A stretch of 64,000 bases of DNA. Source: Opitutales bacterium (lineage in GTDB: Bacteria > Verrucomicrobiota > Verrucomicrobiia > Opitutales > JABSRG01). The stretch's first letter is position 1; every line of letters begins with the position of its first letter. Positions 58,532 through 64,000 of the stretch are shown here, one piece after another. The position numbers and the translations under genes were made by a program. The notes beneath the pieces are model-generated. The model saw nothing but the letters and a program-made list of their open reading frames with translations. It was not told where the DNA came from and searched no databases. The DNA is taken from contig JBMYOQ010000008.1 in NCBI GenBank assembly GCA_049599475.1, positions 32,001 through 96,000 of the forward strand, written 5' to 3'.

Positions 58532-59689
58532 ATGCCACACACAATATCTCCAAAACGCACAGCATCGTCATTTGCGATGCTTTCATTGCTGGGCGCCTTG
58601 TCCGTTCCAGCATTTTTACAAGCTCAGCCGACTTTGGAGGATTCTCCAATCCGCTTGAGCAGTAATGAAAACGCCTTCGGTTTCACGCCGAAAGCTAAAG
58701 AGTCCATGATCAAGTATATTGAGAATGGCGGCTACTATAATCGAAACAACGTATCTGAGCTGGTTTCCGTTCTCGCTAAGAAAGAGAATGTCTCCGCGGA
58801 TCAAATCATTACCACCGCGGGCTCTGGCCCCGTGTTGATGATGACTGCCTTGGCCTATGCTGAGCCAGGCAAGAACGTTGTTACAACTGCGATGGGCTAC
58901 ACCCAGTTGACGCGAAAATTTGAGGCCCATGGAGGCGAAGTGAGGTATGCTCCGCTTTCTGAGGACATGGGTTACGACTTCGCCGCATTGAAAGCGGCCA
59001 TCGACGAAGACACTGTCATTGTCTACATCTGTAATCCGAACAACCCGACAGGTTCCTTGGCCAATCCGAATGAGCTCAAGCAGTTCATTATGTCGGTGCC
59101 TAAGGATATTCTCGTCTTTGTGGATGAGGCGTATCTTGAGCTTTCCGAGGGTAGTTTTGCTATGAACACGATGTCACCCATGGTGAAAATTCGTAAGAAC
59201 ATGCTTCTGGCGCGCACCTTCTCAAAGAGCTATGGGATGGCTGGATTCCGTGTAGGTTACGGCGTGGGAGATCCGGCTGTGATTGAGAAAATTCGCCACT
59301 ATTACATGGGCCCTCCCACTTATTTGACTGCGATCGCTGCGGTTGAGGCTATCAAGGACACCGAGCATATGGCTGCAAATGTGAAGCGTTATCAGACCGT
59401 CCGCGATTACACGGAAGCTGGTTTCGATTCACTCGGGGTTCCATACGTGGACCCTCAAGGTGCCTTCATTTACTTCAATTCCGGTCTTCAAGTGGATGAA
59501 TTGCGTAAGGCTATGTCCGACGCCGGTATCTTGATCTCAGGTTCTCGTGAATCTGGAGTTGAGCCAGGAACCTACAGCGATTGGGCTCGCGTGAGCATTG
59601 GTAAAAAGGAGGAGATGGATGCCTTCCTTACTACGCTAGCCGGGTTACTCGGCAAAGAATTTTCACCATCCAGTGATCTGAATATCTAG
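58532..59689 (+). CDS. HisC-like class I/II PLP-dependent aminotransferase with N-terminal signal peptide
   Basis: LSSNEN, ICNPNNPTG, VDEAY and RTFSKSYGMAGFRVGY. Hydrophobic leader ends in LQA. Confidence 0.88.
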   Translation: MPHTISPKRTASSFAMLSLLGALSVPAFLQAQPTLEDSPIRLSSNENAFGFTPKAKESMIKYIENGGYYNRNNVSELVSVLAKKENVSADQIITTAGSGPVLMMTALAYAEPGKNVVTTAMGYTQLTRKFEAHGGEVRYAPLSEDMGYDFAALKAAIDEDTVIVYICNPNNPTGSLANPNELKQFIMSVPKDILVFVDEAYLELSEGSFAMNTMSPMVKIRKNMLLARTFSKSYGMAGFRVGYGVGDPAVIEKIRHYYMGPPTYLTAIAAVEAIKDTEHMAANVKRYQTVRDYTEAGFDSLGVPYVDPQGAFIYFNSGLQVDELRKAMSDAGILISGSRESGVEPGTYSDWARVSIGKKEEMDAFLTTLAGLLGKEFSPSSDLNI

Positions 59690-59726
59690 CAGTTGTCAGT
59701 TTGTATAGATGCCCGAAACGGCCTCC

Positions 59727-61367
59727 CTATTGCGGGGAGGTCGTTTTTTGTGGCAGGGTATCGCGGATCATCTGTCTCAGTTGATCGATGCGGATCGGTT
59801 TTCTTAAAAAATTATCGGCGCCGGCCTCCAAAATTTGGGACCGGACATTTTCGCCGCCGCCGGCTGAAATCGCGAAAATGGTGCAGTGTAGATCGCTTTT
59901 GCCCTCTCGCTCGATCTTTCGAAGACGCGAGCACAGGTCGACGCCATTCACCCGGGGCATAAATATATCGGTGATTACCAGGAGGTGTTGCCCCGGACGA
60001 AAAATCTCGGCGGCTTCTTGTCCATCAGAGGCCAAATCACAGGATAGGCCGCTATAGCGTATGAAGCGTTCGATGTAAGCCCGTGAATTTTTATCATCCT
60101 CGACAACCAAGATGTTTGCGTGCGGCTCTTGGGCTTGCTGGGAGTCAGTCGGTTTCTTGTCCTCTTTGGGCTTTACTGGTTTAGCTTCTTCGATTGCGGA
60201 GAATGGTAGCGAAAACTGGATGCTGGTGCCTGCCTCATCGGACTTTTTGATGAGGATCTTTCCTTTCATCATCTGACAGAGGCGTTTGCAGAGTGCCAGG
60301 CCGAGGCCCGTTCCCCCCTTGCTTTGATCCCGGCTCGGCTCCCCCTGGGCAAACGGTGCGAAAATATGGTCTATCCGCTCGGGGGCGATTCCACAGCCTG
60401 TATCTTCGGCGGTACATTCCAAATAGCCTTGCTCCTCAGGTAGTTCGGGTGCGATCCATTCTGCCGAAACGGTGATGGAGCCACCCTCAGGAGTGAACTT
60501 TATCGCGTTGTCCAAGAGATTCTTGAGGATCTGGATAATGCGTAATTTGTCCCCAGATATGATGCATGGAATGCTGGGATCTAGTTGCGATTGAATGGAG
60601 ATTTTCTTGTTGAGCGCCCGCGTCTCGACAAAGGAAATTGCGTCGAGAATGGCCTCCGTCGGGGAGATGTCTTCAATTGAAAGGGAGATCGTGCCCTGGT
60701 CGATCTTCGAATGATCTAAGACGTCGCTGACTAAATCAGATAAAAGGAGGGCATTTCTATTTAGATATGAAGTGTATTCGCGCTGTTCATCATCCAGTTC
60801 GGTTTCCTCCAGTAATGACGAAAACCCAATGATATTCTGCAGTGGCGAGCGGATTTCGTGGCTAACCATGCTCACAAAGTAGGTTTTTTCATTGGAAGCC
60901 TGCTCTCTCGCAAGGCGACTTTCCAGGAGCTCGCGTTCGTGATTCTGTCGACTGTAGTCCAGCTCTGCGCGCATTTTAGCTGTGAGAATCGCGCGCTGAA
61001 TGGTTCGGCTGGTGTAATTCTTTAAATCGATGATTTCTTTAACTCCAGCGCTGATAAACGCAACGGCTGCCTGATCGTCTACCGAATCACTGATAACAAT
61101 CACTGGCAGAGACTGCTTTGAATTATAGGCCCATTTTAGAGTCTCCTGGAGGGATGGGTCCTCAGCATGCGCTGCTTGGGCTAGAATAACAGAAGGGTTG
61201 GCTGATTCGAGTTTTTCAGCTAGGCCTTGTTTTGCACTCAAAATGGAAACAGAAACATTATCACCCCCATACCGACTTTCAGTCTCTTGGACACTGAAGC
61301 TATCGATCAGTTGATCTCGAATAGATTCTGCAATCACATCGATGTCGCTAACGATGATAAGGTTCAC
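59727..61367 (-). CDS. Cytoplasmic hybrid histidine kinase (pseudo-REC, HisKA, HATPase, REC)
   Basis: SMVSHEIRSP, NLLDNAIKFT, DTGCGI, GGTGLGL and C-terminal REC (ITDIFMP...LRKP). Confidence 0.92.
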   Translation of the reverse strand: MNLIIVSDIDVIAESIRDQLIDSFSVQETESRYGGDNVSVSILSAKQGLAEKLESANPSVILAQAAHAEDPSLQETLKWAYNSKQSLPVIVISDSVDDQAAVAFISAGVKEIIDLKNYTSRTIQRAILTAKMRAELDYSRQNHERELLESRLAREQASNEKTYFVSMVSHEIRSPLQNIIGFSSLLEETELDDEQREYTSYLNRNALLLSDLVSDVLDHSKIDQGTISLSIEDISPTEAILDAISFVETRALNKKISIQSQLDPSIPCIISGDKLRIIQILKNLLDNAIKFTPEGGSITVSAEWIAPELPEEQGYLECTAEDTGCGIAPERIDHIFAPFAQGEPSRDQSKGGTGLGLALCKRLCQMMKGKILIKKSDEAGTSIQFSLPFSAIEEAKPVKPKEDKKPTDSQQAQEPHANILVVEDDKNSRAYIERFIRYSGLSCDLASDGQEAAEIFRPGQHLLVITDIFMPRVNGVDLCSRLRKIEREGKSDLHCTIFAISAGGGENVRSQILEAGADNFLRKPIRIDQLRQMIRDTLPQKTTSPQ

Positions 61368-61458
61368 GGAAAAGACGTTATTTTTTTATCATTAATATTC
61401 TATCCTAATCCCATTCTATCGGCGTATATTTACTAATTACTTACAATAAACTAAACTC

Positions 61459-62352
61459 GTGGAAAAGGAACCTCAAAAACACGCTCTAGAAAACGGAATT
61501 GATCGCTTCTTGGGAAAGGCAAGTCCCAAGATCGTTTCATACGATGCAGATATTCTGGTGCCAATCCCGCGTTTTCACAATCGGCAGAATCTAGGAATTT
61601 CGAGCGATGTATCGATTTTCAAAGGTTTGGATCTTTGGACTGCATTCGAAGTATCGTTTCTCCTCGACTCCGGATTGCCTGTCGTGGGTGTGATACAATT
61701 TTCGGTACCTGCGAATTCCCGGAATATAGTGGAATCGAAATCGGTGAAGCTGTACCTATCGAGTTTTAATTCTGAACTAATGGGAGCAGATGTCCCTTCT
61801 GCAGTAGAGGCGTTTTGTGCGCGTGCCCGTGCCGACCTTAGTAGGAAGACTGGTGACACTGTCGATGTGAGATGGGTAACTCGTTGGGAGAAGCCTGCTT
61901 ATTTGAGTAATTTCGTCACTCTCGAAGGGAAGCATGCATTGCTGGAAAATTGGAATGAATGTATTGAAGGGACCTTGGATGTCCAAAGCTCCGACGAGGT
62001 GAAAACCATACAATGGCACTCGGCGCTGTTGCGATCGCAATGTCGGATTACTCAGCAGCCGGATTGGGGAGATGTATTTATCGAGATTAAAGGACACCGT
62101 TTCCCCTCTGAACAAAGTATGCTGGGACATATTATCAGCATGCGGGAAGAGGAGCATTTTCACGAAGAAATCGTGGAGTCAATTTTTGTCGATTTGCTGA
62201 AGAGCTGCGAGCCCGAGCAATTGTTGGTGTATGCCCAATACACGCGTCGGGGAGGTGTGGATATCAATCCCCTACGGTGTCTTCACTTGGAAAGGTATTC
62301 TGGCTGGCTCACGGGGCCATTTCCTGCATATAAGCCAACTTTCCGTCAATAG
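61459..62352 (+). CDS. queF: NADPH-dependent 7-cyano-7-deazaguanine reductase, bimodular (type II) QueF
   Basis: DLWTAFEVS, IVESKSVKLYL.SF, LLRSQC.IT.QPDWG, FHEE and YTRRGGVDINP. Confidence 0.93.
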   Translation: MEKEPQKHALENGIDRFLGKASPKIVSYDADILVPIPRFHNRQNLGISSDVSIFKGLDLWTAFEVSFLLDSGLPVVGVIQFSVPANSRNIVESKSVKLYLSSFNSELMGADVPSAVEAFCARARADLSRKTGDTVDVRWVTRWEKPAYLSNFVTLEGKHALLENWNECIEGTLDVQSSDEVKTIQWHSALLRSQCRITQQPDWGDVFIEIKGHRFPSEQSMLGHIISMREEEHFHEEIVESIFVDLLKSCEPEQLLVYAQYTRRGGVDINPLRCLHLERYSGWLTGPFPAYKPTFRQ

Positions 62353-62386
62353 CCCGAATAGCATAGTTATCTAAATAGAACTTATT

Positions 62387-63115
62387 TTGAAGAAGAACGA
62401 CAATATCTATCAAGACTCGCTCGAGCACATTAAGCCCTTCGCGTTCGACGAGGGTGTTGTGAATGTATTTGAAGATATGATTCAGCGTTCTGTCCCTGGG
62501 TATGGGCTTACATTGAATCTGATGGCGAGTGTCGCTAAGACTTTGAAAACAGATTCCCCGCTCTGCTATGATCTAGGTTGTAGCTTAGGTGCGGGAATAA
62601 TTGCAATCGATCGTGGGCTTCGTGAGAAGTCTGGTAAGATTATCGGAGTCGATGTTTCCGAGCCGATGATCACGCAAGCGAACGAGAATCTAAATAATGC
62701 TTCATTGCACTCGGAGTGGTTGTTGAATCATGCGGATATTAATACAGTTGAGCTAGGGTCGCATGATTTGAGTGTGATGAATTTTACATTACAATTTATT
62801 GAGAGAGATAAGCGCGGCTCACTCGTGTCTAAAATATACGAAGCTTTGAGGCCCGGAGGTATGTTTTTACTTTCTGAGAAAGTGAAATTTGAGGACTCGG
62901 CTGAGCAGGATTTTCAGGCCGAAATGCATCATAATTTTAAGCGTCTGAATGGGTATTCCGATCTAGAGATCAGCCAAAAGCGAACGGCCTTGGAGAACCG
63001 ATTGATTCCCGAAACCTCAAGTGAGCATATCGCACGGCTCAAAGACGCGGGCTTTGAAACGGCGTTTACATGGTTTCAGGCCTTCAATTTTACATCCTTT
63101 TTAGCAGTTAAGTGA
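62387..63115 (+). CDS. cmoA: Carboxy-S-adenosyl-L-methionine synthase
   Basis: F.FDE.V..VF.DMIQRSVPGY, YDLGCSLG, NFTLQF and FKR.NGYS.LEISQKRTALEN. Confidence 0.96.
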   Translation: MKKNDNIYQDSLEHIKPFAFDEGVVNVFEDMIQRSVPGYGLTLNLMASVAKTLKTDSPLCYDLGCSLGAGIIAIDRGLREKSGKIIGVDVSEPMITQANENLNNASLHSEWLLNHADINTVELGSHDLSVMNFTLQFIERDKRGSLVSKIYEALRPGGMFLLSEKVKFEDSAEQDFQAEMHHNFKRLNGYSDLEISQKRTALENRLIPETSSEHIARLKDAGFETAFTWFQAFNFTSFLAVK

Positions 63116-64000
63116 AGGTCCCTGATCAGTTTTTGAGCGCTTTGGAATCTGCGCATGATTTGCCCTGGATGGCTGAACTGCGGTCGAAATTAGAGGTGCA
63201 ATATCGTGAGAATGTCCACGGAGATATGCCTAAATGGGAACAGGCCCTAGCTGCCCTACCTCGGCCATCTCGCATTAAGAAATCCTTAAACACCTCAGGT
63301 GTCGGATTTGAGACCGATGAAGAGATTCTGGGGCTCGAGGCGCTTCTAAAAACCTTCCATCCTTGGAGGAAAGGGCCTTTTCAATTGGGCCAGACATTTA
63401 TCGATACCGAGTGGCGCTCAGATTGGAAATGGGATCGCTTGGTCGAGGGTATCGAGTCTCTATCTGGAAAAGCGGTGCTCGATATCGGTTGCGGGAGTGG
63501 ATATCACCTCTGGAGGATGCTCGGCGAAGGGGCTCGATGGGCAATTGGTTTGGAGCCCGTGCATGTGTACGTTTATCAGTTTGCAGTCTTACAGCATTTT
63601 CTAGGGTTTGAAGATCGGGCGGCGGTATTGGGTTTGCCTTTTGAGCCGTTTCCGCAATCGACTCAGTTCTTCGATGCAGTTTTCTCCATGGGAGTTCTAT
63701 ATCATCGAAAGTCACCGATTGAACACCTTGAGGCGGTTCGGGATAGTTTAGCTCCGGGAGGTCAGTTGATTCTGGAAACCCTCGTGGTGGAGGGGAATGA
63801 GCACACCGTATTGGTTCCGAATGGGCGCTATGCTCAGATGCGTAATGTATGGTTTCTTCCCTCAGTGAAGATGCTTACTGCTTGGATGAAGCGATTGAGG
63901 TTTAAAGATGTTCAGGTGTTGGATGTCACTCGAACGACTACGGAAGAGCAGCGTACCACTGATTGGATGACCTTTGATTCTTTAAAAAAGTTTCTAGATC
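63112..64000 (+). CDS. cmoB: tRNA U34 carboxymethyltransferase, 3'-truncated by the window edge (absent from the ORF track)
   Basis: GTG overlaps the cmoA TGA. Translation gives HGDMPKW, PWRKGPF, IDTEWRSDWKWDR, VLDIGCGSGYH, FSMGVLYHRKSP and RYAQMRNVWFLPS. Confidence 0.95.
   Translation, partial: MKVPDQFLSALESAHDLPWMAELRSKLEVQYRENVHGDMPKWEQALAALPRPSRIKKSLNTSGVGFETDEEILGLEALLKTFHPWRKGPFQLGQTFIDTEWRSDWKWDRLVEGIESLSGKAVLDIGCGSGYHLWRMLGEGARWAIGLEPVHVYVYQFAVLQHFLGFEDRAAVLGLPFEPFPQSTQFFDAVFSMGVLYHRKSPIEHLEAVRDSLAPGGQLILETLVVEGNEHTVLVPNGRYAQMRNVWFLPSVKMLTAWMKRLRFKDVQVLDVTRTTTEEQRTTDWMTFDSLKKFLD

Noticed and set aside
63363..63715. Two short ORFs listed in the track
   Set aside because: Alternative frames of the cmoB gene, which runs off the window.

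Overview
This is a gene-dense bacterial chromosomal window. It is most likely Verrucomicrobiota/Opitutales, inferred from an intact Amuc_1102-1101-1100-1099-1098-like pilus/secretin cluster and a protein with an Opitutales-style aromatic C-terminal domain. Housekeeping genes include pdhABC, argC, hisE-hisG, rpsA, galE, aroK, dus, thpR, bcp and queF-cmoA-cmoB. Accessory loci include a TpsB/TpsA two-partner secretion pair with YDG repeats, several hybrid or degenerate histidine kinases, an orphan cheA with a sigma28-like promoter, a KS-ACP-phytoene-desaturase-like lipid cassette, and signal-peptide-bearing nucleosidase and aminotransferase enzymes. The best candidate for an undescribed system is at 3.8-7.3 kb: a PruR-like (pterin-binding SUOX-fold) periplasmic protein, a hybrid kinase with a DcpA-like periplasmic motif, and a neighbouring ChpT-like pseudo-kinase, which together may form a pterin-sensing phosphorelay outside Proteobacteria. 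An oppA-like gene has its lipoprotein signal peptide out of frame at an A7 tract. I saw no tRNA, rRNA, CRISPR array, integrase or transposase. All family calls come from motif recognition by eye, not database searches.
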